The notes beneath the pieces were generated by a model. That model had not been told where the DNA came from and did no database searches. It saw only the letters and a program-made list of their open reading frames with translations. Below are positions 1 to 9,849 of a stretch of 64,000 bases of DNA, one piece after another. A program made the translations under genes and the position numbers. This stretch comes from a virus: positions 160,001-224,000 of IMG/VR virus record IMGVR_UViG_3300010224_000001; one strand, 5' to 3'. Position 1 is the first letter of the stretch. Every line of letters begins with the position of its first letter.

Positions 1-1
1 T

Positions 2-1402
2 AAGTTTGTAGTACTGACGATAAGTGGTGGTATCCACCAGCTGACCGCGTTGACGACGGTTCATGTTCGAACGCTTAGCGTCCAGGTTGTAACCGATGAA
101 CTCAGCACCTTTGAAGATGTCAGCAATGGTCTTACCAGTGCCGGTCTTCGTGTCCAGGTTGACGCCGTTCTGACGGACCGAGACGACTTGCAGCTTATTG
201 GTGAAAGCCGTGGTCGTGCCGAACTGAACGTTCATTTTGCCCGAGACAACGATGCCCAGACGAACTTCGTATTGACCAGCCACGATCGGAGCCAGCAGCG
301 TCGAAACGCCGTTGTCATACTTAACCGTGTCTTTGTTAACCGTCAGAACGTTGGTGTCGAAATTCAGCACCATGTCCTTGTAGTTACCTTGGACAGCGTA
401 GTTGAAGTTGCTCAGCGGCAGGTCCATCGTGTTGAAACGGACCACTTCTTTGGTCGAACCGTCAGCGTTGGTCAGCTGCAGGAACAGTTCCTTCAGGGTG
501 ACGCCCGGATCCACCGAGTCGGTGACGTCCATGACGCCAGCTTGCAGCAGAGCGTCGGTTTGCGACAGACCCAGCAGGTCGAATTCCGTACCCATGGCCA
601 GAGCCGAGGTCTGGATGGATTCACCATTGTCCATGGTGATGTTGACCGGAGCCATATCGGTCGACGGCACGAAGTAGTCTTCGTTGACGCCATCACGGAA
701 CACCGGGATGATGTTGGTAGCGTCGTTCTGCAGCAGCGTCGGGTAGGTCAGTGCGCGGATAACGTTCGAACGACGGAAGTCTTCGACAGCGCCCGAGGTT
801 TGATGCTTAGCATCGTTTTGCAGCATGACCAGGTCGATGGTCATCATCATACCAGCTTGATCCGGCGGGATCACGACGGTCGGGAACAGAGCTTCGCCGA
901 ACTCGTCTTGACGAGCAGCAGCCAGGTTGTAAGCGATCGAGAAAGCGACCGTGGTCGAGGTCGACTGTTCGTCGTAAGCTTCCAGAGCAGCACGACGGTT
1001 GTCCAGACCAACGCTATCGGCTTCCACGACCGAGATGCCTTCTTGGGCGATCACGTTCGATTTGATCGGAGCCTTGACAGCGGCGCCAATGTCACCACCC
1101 ATGATACCAGCATACAGAGCAGCTTGCATCTGAGCTTGGCTGACGTTTGCTTTACCCGACTTCTTGTCGACTTGCAGGTTGCTTTGGCAGATGCCTTCCA
1201 GCGAAGCGTGCAGTTGGCTAACTGCAGTGTTCAGTTCGGTCTTAGCGGTGATGTCGATCGATTCCATCGAGACAATGTTGCTAGCCAGCTTAGCGGCGTG
1301 ACTAGTACGGCCCTGGGAAGCTGCCAGTTGTTTAGTGGCTTCCAGGACACCCACCATACCTTTAGCACCGCTTTGGGTGATCGAGCTAAAAATATCATTC
1401 AT
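2..1402 (-). CDS. Major capsid protein, phiKZ gp120-like (partial, runs off the left edge)
   Basis: Manual translation from ATG at 1402 (RBS AAGGA): MNDIFSSITQSGAKG...ALEAYDEQSTSTTVAFSIAYNLAAARQDEFGEALFPTVVIPPDQAG, typical of phiKZ-like MCP with A-x-E propeptide cleavage sites. Strong codon bias; divergent from DnaB as in phiKZ gp118-120. Confidence 0.85.
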   Translation of the reverse strand, partial: MNDIFSSITQSGAKGMVGVLEATKQLAASQGRTSHAAKLASNIVSMESIDITAKTELNTAVSQLHASLEGICQSNLQVDKKSGKANVSQAQMQAALYAGIMGGDIGAAVKAPIKSNVIAQEGISVVEADSVGLDNRRAALEAYDEQSTSTTVAFSIAYNLAAARQDEFGEALFPTVVIPPDQAGMMMTIDLVMLQNDAKHQTSGAVEDFRRSNVIRALTYPTLLQNDATNIIPVFRDGVNEDYFVPSTDMAPVNITMDNGESIQTSALAMGTEFDLLGLSQTDALLQAGVMDVTDSVDPGVTLKELFLQLTNADGSTKEVVRFNTMDLPLSNFNYAVQGNYKDMVLNFDTNVLTVNKDTVKYDNGVSTLLAPIVAGQYEVRLGIVVSGKMNVQFGTTTAFTNKLQVVSVRQNGVNLDTKTGTGKTIADIFKGAEFIGYNLDAKRSNMNRRQRGQLVDTTTYRQYYKL

Positions 1403-1493
1403 GTTTGTAACCTATCCTTGCTTTATAAATAAAAGAAAAAAGGCTTTGGGGCTTTTGCCTCAAATCATTAGTAATTAATTACTTACTTTTGTT

Positions 1494-2174
1494 TTAGTGA
1501 GACATAGAAGCAAGTCTTACTAATTCTTCGAGATACTTTCGAAAGTATGGTGTCTTGCACACCGAAGCGTACGAGTTGTACACATACAATACTTTTAATA
1601 TCGACTTCAGAAGCGGATATCTGAAGTCTGAAAACTTATCCCGGTTGAAGTAACCCGGATATACGACAACGCCAATGATGTCACGAGTTAAGTCATAAGT
1701 AATAAAGGGTTCTTTATGTTGTTCTGAGAAACTCTCCTTACAAAACAGTCGTGAAGCAATCTCTTTTTCGGTAGAACTCGTCAGGTTGATGTAGTTCAGA
1801 GTATGAAATAAATCTTTTGTTGCCAAATCATTTGCAGCAACACTTTTACGCCAGATCTCTTCCAAGAACTTAGAGTCATACCACTCTGTAATATCTGTTC
1901 CTCTTTGAGGATACGCGTAGCTGATAGGGATGCCGTCAGCGTCGAACGTCGGATCAAATAATGAGTATGTTTGCAACTGAAGCAGAACACTTTGTTCTTC
2001 TAGACTTAAGATTTGCTTCATTACCTTGAAATCTAAAAACGTGTTGAGCGGCAGGTTGCGGCGTTCCAGCATGCCCTTAATCCAATACGGAATAAATACC
2101 ACAGTCTTCGGTGTCTCAGCTAACATAGCATGGAACACGCCAGACGGGTTGTGGGCTAATACTTGGTTTTCCAC
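1494..2174 (-). CDS. Conserved jumbo phage protein between MCP and DnaB (gp119-like position)
   Basis: 226-aa ORF, GTG start with GGGAG RBS; synteny only. Confidence 0.6.
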   Translation of the reverse strand: MENQVLAHNPSGVFHAMLAETPKTVVFIPYWIKGMLERRNLPLNTFLDFKVMKQILSLEEQSVLLQLQTYSLFDPTFDADGIPISYAYPQRGTDITEWYDSKFLEEIWRKSVAANDLATKDLFHTLNYINLTSSTEKEIASRLFCKESFSEQHKEPFITYDLTRDIIGVVVYPGYFNRDKFSDFRYPLLKSILKVLYVYNSYASVCKTPYFRKYLEELVRLASMSH

Positions 2175-2312
2175 GATAAAACTCCCTTGTGTGAATCAAT
2201 AAACACAGGTGAAAAAAACTAGCATGCCTCTTGATATGTGTAAGACGTATGCTGTCAAAAATAACAACCGCTTAAACTAACTTAAGCGGCATTTTAATTA
2301 CCACTCATAGCC

Positions 2313-3860
2313 ATGAATCCTAAGCTTTTACTTATCAGCGCAATCACACTGCTCTTTCGAGAAAGTCAACAAGTCGGTCATACCAATAACTCTGCAGAAC
2401 TAGTACGACAAGTTGTTGATGAAGTAAAGGCGCCTGAAGTTTCGCTAGGACGTGAAATTCATGATTTGCATACTGAAGTGTTAATGGGTCTTCGTGACAC
2501 TGCCTTCTATATGGCAACACTTCCCTATAATCATCAGTATGAAATCAACGAAATTCTCCAGCGTCTCAAAATCAACTGCGGTGCAGATGAAACGACGTAT
2601 GATGCATTGGTTGATGGCATCTCTCAAGAGTTGTCCGAGAATGCGTTAAAACGCACAGTTCTCAACATTCAAAAGCAAATTCGGAATTACTTCCGTGAAA
2701 AGGAGATCACTCAAGTAATTAGCCAAGCTTTTCAGAAACTTAAGTTTAATAAAGCCAAAATCCCCAACATGAACGAGTTCGTTCAAGAGGTTGTGGGTAA
2801 GCTTTCTGAGTACCAATCTGATAGCACAAACGCTGACCCAGCAGTCGTGGGTGAAGTTGACTTTGCGAATGTCAATGAAATCAGTGCCATTTTCAAGACT
2901 GCTAAAGAAGCAGACAACGATGAATGGACGATGACGACTGGCTTGCAAGGTTTGAATCGTGCATTAGATGGTGGCTTTCGGCGTGGTGAAAGTTGGGTGT
3001 TTGGCGCACTACCTCACAACTTCAAAACCGGTATGTCACTGACTATCTTTAGACAGATAGCCATGTATAACGTGCCGAAGATGCGGGATCCTAATAAGAA
3101 GCCGTTGTTGGTCCGTATCACATTTGAAGATAGCTTGAAAGAAAACTTCACGTTCATGTATCAGCAGATGTACACGAACGAGAATCGTATCAAACCCGAT
3201 ATGGCTGCTGTCACAGACGAAGACATGGCGGCGTATGTGATGGAACGCTTAACTCGTACTGGCTACCATATTCGCATGGTGGAAGTCAATCCGAGTGGCT
3301 GGACTTATTTGGATATTCAGAATAAGATCCTGCAATATGAAGCCGAAGGTTACGAAGTACATCTGTGTGCAATTGACTACCTGCCGATGATCCCGACTAC
3401 GGGTTGTATCATGACGACGATTGGTTCAGATATTCGCGATCTGTATCGTCGTATGCGTAACTTCTTTAAAGCACGCTGGACCACGATGATTACCCCACAT
3501 CAATTGTCGATGGATGCGAAGAAGTTAATCCGTGATGGTCATGGCGATCTAGTTAAACTGGTGCTCAATAAAGGCATGTACGACGCGTGTGGACGTCTTG
3601 ACCAAGAAGTTGATGGTGAGATGTTCCAGCATATCGAATACGTCAATAACAAGCCTTTCTTGACCTTCCAGCGTGGTAAACACCGTAAGACCCGTCAGAC
3701 ACCTCTCGTTGATCGTTACTTTGTCTTGACGTTGCATGAAATCGGCGACTTGTACGACGATATCGACGGTGAAGACACGACGCTGCGTCGTCCTGGCGGT
3801 GGTAAGATTGGTTCAGCAACGGAAACTCCGTACTGGGAATTTGATGCTCAACCTGCGTAA
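2313..3860 (+). CDS. dnaB: DnaB-like replicative helicase (phiKZ gp118-like)
   Basis: TTGLQGLNRALDGGFRRGE, Walker A variant ALPHNFKT, Walker B AIDY, TPHQLS, QEVD, QRGKHR. Confidence 0.85.
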   Translation: MNPKLLLISAITLLFRESQQVGHTNNSAELVRQVVDEVKAPEVSLGREIHDLHTEVLMGLRDTAFYMATLPYNHQYEINEILQRLKINCGADETTYDALVDGISQELSENALKRTVLNIQKQIRNYFREKEITQVISQAFQKLKFNKAKIPNMNEFVQEVVGKLSEYQSDSTNADPAVVGEVDFANVNEISAIFKTAKEADNDEWTMTTGLQGLNRALDGGFRRGESWVFGALPHNFKTGMSLTIFRQIAMYNVPKMRDPNKKPLLVRITFEDSLKENFTFMYQQMYTNENRIKPDMAAVTDEDMAAYVMERLTRTGYHIRMVEVNPSGWTYLDIQNKILQYEAEGYEVHLCAIDYLPMIPTTGCIMTTIGSDIRDLYRRMRNFFKARWTTMITPHQLSMDAKKLIRDGHGDLVKLVLNKGMYDACGRLDQEVDGEMFQHIEYVNNKPFLTFQRGKHRKTRQTPLVDRYFVLTLHEIGDLYDDIDGEDTTLRRPGGGKIGSATETPYWEFDAQPA

Positions 3861-4006
3861 ATAAGACCTGGCAAAGCTTAGAAATACTTTTGTTTTAAAC
3901 CAAAGAAAAATGTAGCAAACGTACACCTACTCACTAGCCTATCTTGTGGCTAGTGAGTAGGCAGTATGCTGTTATTCTTTCATTTATTTTCTTTGGAACT
4001 TTTGCC

Positions 4007-6070
4007 ATGTTTAGCGCATTACGAAAGATGGTTGGTAATATCAACATCGTGCAAAGAGGCAATCAAATCGTCATCGAGGGCTTACCTCGAGACGTGTATA
4101 TGAACGACATATACAAAATCTGGAAGACGTCTAAAATCGAAGACTACATGTTTACAAGAAGTACAAGTTCTTCGGTGATCTTCCATCAATTCTTTTTACC
4201 TGATGTTCTTTACACGCTAGAACAAGTTGTTGCTAACCCAAGACGTGGTACTGGTTTTAATTATCGTGTACTTCGGAAAGTCATTGATCAAATCAAGAAT
4301 GAAACATGGATGAGTCGGATTTACCGACAAGATACTCCAGACATCCTTGACTTTGACCAGTTGAATCTTCTCAAGTATAAACCCTTACCCCACCAAGCAG
4401 AATTCTTCCGTGTCTATAATGACATTGTGCCGCGTTATGGGCTGTTAGGACTGATGTTAGGTGCTGTGCCAGGTTCTGGTAAGACCTTAGCGTCGATCAT
4501 GCTCTCGTGCATGTTAAAGAACGATGTGACGATCATCATTTCGCCTAAGAACGCAATTGATCGGGTTTGGCAAGACACAGTCGCAACCTGCTTTAAAGAA
4601 CCAGTCGATTATTGGGTCTCTTCGATGAAAGAAGATCCAACGCCTGGTAAGCGCTTCTACATCTTCCATTACGAGCAATTAGACCGCGCTATTGAGTTCT
4701 TCACGAAACACAAACCAGTTAACCCAATGCTGGTGTTGGATGAATCGCACAACATGAATGAAGCCGATTCACTACGCACGCAACGTTTTGTGGAACTGGC
4801 TCGTGATGTGTTGAACTCGAAGCACGTGTTGTGGGCGTCTGGCACGCCGATCAAAGCGATTGGTAATGAAGCGATTCCGTTCTTACGTTGCATCGATCCG
4901 CTGTTTGATAGCTTTGCGGAAGAACGCTTCCGTAAGATCTTTGGCAAGAACGTGTCTCGTGCTGTCGACATTCTGCGTAACCGGATTGGTTTCTTGACCT
5001 TTAAGGTTGAGAAGATTGCGGTGATTAAGAATGAGGTTACGACGTACACTAAAGATATCGAGATCCCCAACGGGAAGATGTATACGCTCGACGTAATTAA
5101 AGAAGACATGAAACAGTTTGTGACTGAGCGCATGAACTATTACAAGTCAAACTTTAAGAAATACGAAGAGCAGTATAACCGCGGTCTTAAGTTACATGAA
5201 TCGATGATTGAGCGTGATAAAGCTAAGCGTGCTCAATTTGACATCTATCGTAAATACATTGCTATCATCCGTCGTGGCTTTGATGCTGCGACTATGAAAG
5301 AACAAGCGATGTTCTGTAACAAGTACGAGCTGAAAGAAATCATTCCGTTCTTGGCACCAGGTATCAAAGAAGAATTTAAGAATGCTCGTTCAGTGGTTAA
5401 GTACTACGATTTGAAAGTGCGTGGTGAAGCCTTAGGTCGTATCCTGGGTAAGAAGCGTGCTCAGTGTCACGTTGACATGGTGCCTTACTGTAACCTGGAA
5501 GAAGAGATCGATAACGCACGGAAGAAGACGGTGATCTTTACTAGCTATGTCGAAGTGGTGGACAAGATCTGCGACATGTTAGAAGCCAGTGGTTACAAAC
5601 CCTTACGTGTTTACGGTACGACTAATAAAGACCTGCCGAATATTGTTAAGACGTTTGGTGACGATGAAGATGCTAATCCGTTAGTCGCTACGTTCCAATC
5701 GCTCTCAACCGCTGTTCCACTCGTGATGGCATCTACTGCAATCATGATGAATAGTCCGTTCCGTATTCATGAATTAGAACAAGCTACTGCGCGTGTCGAT
5801 CGCATTGGTCAAGACGGCCCAGTGACAATTGTGAACATGTTCTTGAAGACCGGTACAGAAGGCAACATCTCGACTCGTTCGGGTGATATCCTGGAATGGT
5901 CCAGAGAGGCTGTAGATGCGATTTTGGGCCGAAATACTGACGTAGGTGATCTCGTTATGGAAGCAGTCGAATATGACGTCTGTAAGGCCCCGTATAGCGT
6001 CGAAAGAGAACTGTTTAATATCGACTATGTACCAGAAATGCCAGTAGCTCCTGTGTGGTCTGCTTGGTAA
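4007..6070 (+). CDS. SF2 (SNF2/DEAD-like) helicase
   Basis: GAVPGSGKT, LDESH, SGTP, QATARVDRIGQ motifs; ATG at 4007 preferred over TTG at 3944. Confidence 0.85.
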   Translation: MFSALRKMVGNINIVQRGNQIVIEGLPRDVYMNDIYKIWKTSKIEDYMFTRSTSSSVIFHQFFLPDVLYTLEQVVANPRRGTGFNYRVLRKVIDQIKNETWMSRIYRQDTPDILDFDQLNLLKYKPLPHQAEFFRVYNDIVPRYGLLGLMLGAVPGSGKTLASIMLSCMLKNDVTIIISPKNAIDRVWQDTVATCFKEPVDYWVSSMKEDPTPGKRFYIFHYEQLDRAIEFFTKHKPVNPMLVLDESHNMNEADSLRTQRFVELARDVLNSKHVLWASGTPIKAIGNEAIPFLRCIDPLFDSFAEERFRKIFGKNVSRAVDILRNRIGFLTFKVEKIAVIKNEVTTYTKDIEIPNGKMYTLDVIKEDMKQFVTERMNYYKSNFKKYEEQYNRGLKLHESMIERDKAKRAQFDIYRKYIAIIRRGFDAATMKEQAMFCNKYELKEIIPFLAPGIKEEFKNARSVVKYYDLKVRGEALGRILGKKRAQCHVDMVPYCNLEEEIDNARKKTVIFTSYVEVVDKICDMLEASGYKPLRVYGTTNKDLPNIVKTFGDDEDANPLVATFQSLSTAVPLVMASTAIMMNSPFRIHELEQATARVDRIGQDGPVTIVNMFLKTGTEGNISTRSGDILEWSREAVDAILGRNTDVGDLVMEAVEYDVCKAPYSVERELFNIDYVPEMPVAPVWSAW

Positions 6071-6091
6071 ACTAATAATAACGGTGAAAAC

Positions 6092-6826
6092 ATGAAAAGT
6101 GTTAAAGACTTATGGAATATCTTCGAAGAACAACTTCGTAAAGAAGAGCCAGTCGAGTTAAGGAAACTGAACGGGCCGGTTACAACAGCCGAGCTTAAGA
6201 AACTCGACGCGATCTTACCGCATGGTGCAAGACTACCTAATGATTATCTGGATCTGATTCGGATTCATAACGGTAGTAATCATGACAATGCATTTGACTT
6301 TGAAGGTTATGATTTCTTGTCGATGGATGGTATTTTGCAAGCTTACGGCTACATGAAAGATCGTGCTGATAAGTTTACGGCACAATACGGCGAAGGCGGT
6401 CCTAAGCCGGTAGCTGTTCATGGTGTTCAACAAGTGTTCAATAATCCTTTCTGGATTCCTGTTCTGGCTGCTTCTGATTGGAAGAACTTCATTTGCCTCG
6501 ACTATGATCCAGCTTCTGGTGGAACTAAGTGTCAAGTGATTGACGTACACTTCCGTGCTGGTCCAGTAGGTAAAGTCTTTAGGAACTTTACTGAATTCTT
6601 CAATGAACTCATGTGGTATCACATTGAAGACTCTAGTGTGAATGAAGAAACGAAACCAGCACAAGCTGAGGTAAAAGCTGCGCCAGTTAAAGAAGAAAGC
6701 AAAAAACCTCAAAAGACTTCTATCTGGTCAAGAATCTTTGCTAGAGAAAGCCTGAGTCAGGAGTCGATTGATATTAGCACACAGAGCAATAAGTCTGCTT
6801 ATAAGCCTACTTACTTGAAGTGGTAA
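6092..6826 (+). CDS. SMI1/KNR4 (SUKH) family protein with low-complexity C-terminal tail
   Basis: LNGPVTTAEL...LPNDYLDLIRIHNG...WIPV...ICLDYDPASGGTKCQVI. Confidence 0.8.
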   Translation: MKSVKDLWNIFEEQLRKEEPVELRKLNGPVTTAELKKLDAILPHGARLPNDYLDLIRIHNGSNHDNAFDFEGYDFLSMDGILQAYGYMKDRADKFTAQYGEGGPKPVAVHGVQQVFNNPFWIPVLAASDWKNFICLDYDPASGGTKCQVIDVHFRAGPVGKVFRNFTEFFNELMWYHIEDSSVNEETKPAQAEVKAAPVKEESKKPQKTSIWSRIFARESLSQESIDISTQSNKSAYKPTYLKW

Positions 6827-6887
6827 GCAAGTGGTTGAATTATATAGTTTACTCCCCCGTAACCTCTGTATTTAAGGAATTGATCAA

Positions 6888-8546
6888 ATGCGCAATAAGT
6901 ACGTGCAACCAACACCTGCTAAAAAGGCAGCTCTGGAATCCGACGATGTGAAGCTGAATGCTCCTGAATCGGAAGATAACCGCCCCATGGAACCGGCTTC
7001 GGCTGATAACGCCGAGAATGGTTCTGGCAAAGGTGGTGAGCAAGAAGTCAAAGTGACTGCTCCGGAAACCGAAGACAATCGTCCGACCGAACCCGCAGGT
7101 GATCCTGACGCTGCTCCGATGAGCAACACGTCTGGCGAAGAAACCGTTAAAGTCACGCAAGGTGAAACGGATGACGACCGTCCTCTGGAAGCTGAACAAA
7201 CGGCTAACACCGAAACCGATGCTGATGCTAACACCGGTGCTCTGGATGTGACTGACGTTGAATTCGAAATCATCGAAAACGCTGTCGACGAAGCTGACGT
7301 TGAGATCGAACAGAAACAACAGATCAATAACGCCGTTGAAGTCTTCGAAGGTTATCAAGAGACCATCCGTCATCTGCTGGCTACCGAATCATTTAGCGAT
7401 GCTACTGCAAATGTTCTGCAACAAGCGATTGCTGTGCAGATGCGTACGGTTAGCTCTGGCATTCCACATGTCTCGCTGGAAGACTTTGGTGGTTCCCTTA
7501 CAGCTAAAGCTCGTCATGAACAAATGCTGGGTCAGCTGATTCTTGAAGGCGCCGCGCTGAACACGATCGCGCAATCCTACGTGGTTAACTGGAAGCAAGG
7601 TTTCCGTGCCTATGCTGATCTGTTCCGTAGTAATGCCGGACTGGTTAAGAAGTATAAAGCTAAGTTGATGGATGCGCAGAAAGAGTTTGATGCTAAGAAA
7701 GCTAAATTTGGCACCGGCACGCATCAGGTTAGCTTGCTTCGCTTTAGTAGCATTTACGCTACTGGCGATGGTCGAGTTAAGGATATTATTGCGGCTCTGA
7801 CTGCAGACTTTGCGATGTCGCGTTATGCACTCGTAGAATACCCAACTAAGGTTCTGCAAGTTCTCACCAAGATTAACAGCATTGTTAGTTCTGGTAATAT
7901 GTCGACTCCTGACTCGGCAGCTAAAGTAATTGCCTCGATCGAAGCTATTCCGCATCCTGGCGATCTGTTTGATAAGAAGTTTATTGAAGGCAAATCTTAC
8001 CTCACCCAAGTCAATCTGGATGTCGACGTTAGCAAGACACGCGAATCTGTTGAAATCAACGGTAAACGGTTTGATAAACTGGCTAACCTGGCCACCAGGA
8101 AGAAAGTTGTTGAAGCTGGCGCGTGGGGCGCTAGAGCTGCTAACGGTTTCGGTAACGACGGCGCTGTCGCTGATGAAATCGTCGGTAAAGGTGTGGCTGG
8201 TATGACTACCGATCAAATTGGTAAACTGATTAAGTTCGGTATGGAATACTTGCATCTGGTTGAACAGAACATGGAGCTGGTCAAGAAATCGCAAAGCTTG
8301 ATGGATTCGATCAGTAGTGGTCTGAGGAAGATGGAAGATTCGATCGACAGAGGCGCTGAGAAAGCTATCGATCGTGCTTTCAATCAGATCTCTGACTTTG
8401 CAAGCAATGTAATGTTTGCTAACTTCATGAGTCCGGCTCGCAGTGAAGTCAAGCGCGCGATTAAGATCGCTTCTGCAAATCAGATGATGGCTCTGCGAGT
8501 CATTTACAATGCTGAACGTGGTGCGACTCAGAAACAAGCTAAATAA
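6888..8546 (+). CDS. Virion internal head/inner-body protein with acidic propeptide
   Basis: Acidic N-terminus with ALE/ATE/SLE prohead-protease sites (HVSLEDF); typical of phiKZ-like ejection proteins. Confidence 0.65.
   Translation: MRNKYVQPTPAKKAALESDDVKLNAPESEDNRPMEPASADNAENGSGKGGEQEVKVTAPETEDNRPTEPAGDPDAAPMSNTSGEETVKVTQGETDDDRPLEAEQTANTETDADANTGALDVTDVEFEIIENAVDEADVEIEQKQQINNAVEVFEGYQETIRHLLATESFSDATANVLQQAIAVQMRTVSSGIPHVSLEDFGGSLTAKARHEQMLGQLILEGAALNTIAQSYVVNWKQGFRAYADLFRSNAGLVKKYKAKLMDAQKEFDAKKAKFGTGTHQVSLLRFSSIYATGDGRVKDIIAALTADFAMSRYALVEYPTKVLQVLTKINSIVSSGNMSTPDSAAKVIASIEAIPHPGDLFDKKFIEGKSYLTQVNLDVDVSKTRESVEINGKRFDKLANLATRKKVVEAGAWGARAANGFGNDGAVADEIVGKGVAGMTTDQIGKLIKFGMEYLHLVEQNMELVKKSQSLMDSISSGLRKMEDSIDRGAEKAIDRAFNQISDFASNVMFANFMSPARSEVKRAIKIASANQMMALRVIYNAERGATQKQAK
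6960..7195 (+). repeat. Three degenerate peptide repeats (APESEDNRPMEPA / APETEDNRPTEPA / GETDDDRPLEAE)
   Basis: Visible in the translation and in DNA at ~6960, ~7059 and ~7161. Confidence 0.75.
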
Positions 8547-8551
8547 AGCGT

Positions 8552-8597
8552 CATAACTCCCTACTCTCCGCTGGTCTGGAGAGTAGGGGTTTTATGA
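8552..8597. terminator. Bidirectional hairpin terminator between convergent genes
   Basis: cataactccctactctcc-gctggtct-ggagagtaggggttttatg. Confidence 0.8.
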
Positions 8598-8601
8598 TCT
8601 A

Positions 8602-9012
8602 TCAAACTTTTTTGTAACGAGAGAGTGCTTTCTCTGCTACTTCAGGGAATTGATTCTTTACATCCGTAATGTATTTGTCAACATTACTTTTGAAACCTTC
8701 CACGGAGATTTCGTTAGTAACTGGTTTAGTGCAAAACAATTCAGTCGTGTCGATGTCTGTACCAGCACTCGCCATATCAGACACAGATTCAATTAATTGC
8801 TTTTCCACGTCACCAATCTCAGATGCTGAAGCCAGTATCTCTACAACGTCATTAGCGCCTTGCTGGATATCCTCAACACGAGCAATAGCGTGAGCGTTGT
8901 TTTGATCTTCGTTCATCTGATCTTGAATCTCACTCATTAAGATAGCTTCTTCTTCCAACGAGAGAACAATTGGTTTTGGTGCATTCTCTTTCTTTGTAAA
9001 AAACTGTTCCAT
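8602..9012 (-). CDS. Small head-protein propeptide-like protein
   Basis: SLEEEA...DMASAGTD...SVEGF pattern of phiKZ-like head protein propeptides. Confidence 0.6.
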   Translation of the reverse strand: MEQFFTKKENAPKPIVLSLEEEAILMSEIQDQMNEDQNNAHAIARVEDIQQGANDVVEILASASEIGDVEKQLIESVSDMASAGTDIDTTELFCTKPVTNEISVEGFKSNVDKYITDVKNQFPEVAEKALSRYKKV

Positions 9013-9083
9013 GTCACACTTTCGGGTCGGTTGGAGATAAACAATACGTTAAGTCATATCGATTAGCCAAAAAAAAAAGACGT

Positions 9084-9123
9084 CATAAGGACAGTGAGGA
9101 CAGCCCGAAGGCCATCCTCACTT
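9084..9123 (-). terminator. Intrinsic terminator with cUUCGg loop
   Basis: Minus strand agtgaggatggcc-ttcg-ggctgtcctcact, then ttatgacg and a T run. Confidence 0.8.
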
Positions 9124-9388
9124 TCCCACCTTTTCCACCATCTCTTGGAGTGATGCCTGGCAAGCATCCCTAAGGGTAATAGAAGAGCAGGCAAACTCAT
9201 TCATCCCCTTAAGGCTGACCACTAGACTACCGCGCGTATGACGCTGGACCGATACTCCTCATGACAACTTGATAGGTTGCAGCCTACCCGCACCGTTCGC
9301 TGTCTCCCCGAGCCCACATACTCAAAACAGCACCGCTTCAGTCTCTGATGTTACACGGTAAGTTGCATCAGGACATACCTGCACATAG
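9120..9388 (-). ncRNA. Candidate structured non-coding RNA (~270 nt)
   Basis: No ORF; GC-rich; at least 6 hairpins, several with G-U pairs favouring the minus strand; ends at a terminator. Confidence 0.5.
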
Positions 9389-9390
9389 TA

Positions 9391-9849
9391 TTAGTTATTT
9401 TGGGTAGGTTGAAGCGGTTCTGCTTTTCTACGCAGTAGTAGCAAATTCTCTTGTATTACAGTGTCATACTCACCTGCCAGTAGGCCGTTACAGTACGCGC
9501 CTTGTTCTCGTAACGATTCCCACAGCACTTCTGCAAACTCTCGCAAGAAGTCAGTGTACTTTGTCATGGCTGACATAATCGATTTGAGTTCAAGACCTTC
9601 GGTTTTAAAGTACTCGGCATAATCGTCGAGTAACTTATCCGCATACGCATGGACAACATGACCGCTCGAATGCTCAAACTTCATATTGCCAAGTAAGCAT
9701 TCAACTTCCATCGTAAACGTTTCCTGCTCATCATACTCAGGTGGTATCATTACACAAGTACGTCTGACTTCTGGCACTTGGTTAAAGTACTTTTCTCGAA
9801 TCTCCTTTAGATCGACAATGTACACCTTATCCTTGGGTGGATTGTTCAT
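9391..9849 (-). CDS. Hypothetical protein (paralog family A)
   Basis: ORF; L-x-E-x-G-x-Y pattern shared with 9827 and 10242. Confidence 0.7.
   Translation of the reverse strand: MNNPPKDKVYIVDLKEIREKYFNQVPEVRRTCVMIPPEYDEQETFTMEVECLLGNMKFEHSSGHVVHAYADKLLDDYAEYFKTEGLELKSIMSAMTKYTDFLREFAEVLWESLREQGAYCNGLLAGEYDTVIQENLLLLRRKAEPLQPTQNN

Noticed and set aside
50-1432. 460-aa plus-strand ORF
   Set aside because: Antisense shadow of the codon-biased major capsid gene, which the ORF track missed because it runs off the window edge
7389-8537. 382-aa minus-strand ORF (and similar shadows at 41613, 45811, 62059)
   Set aside because: Fully overlaps better-supported genes on the opposite strand
9213-9219. 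7-nt match (ggctgac) between the ncRNA and the putative TnpB guide
   Set aside because: Too short to be distinguished from chance
9120-9388. tRNA, tmRNA, RNase P, SRP or 6S identity for the structured region
   Set aside because: No T-arm GTTCRA, no GAGGAAAGTCC and no SRP GGAA loop; the CCACCA at 9135 lacks an acceptor stem
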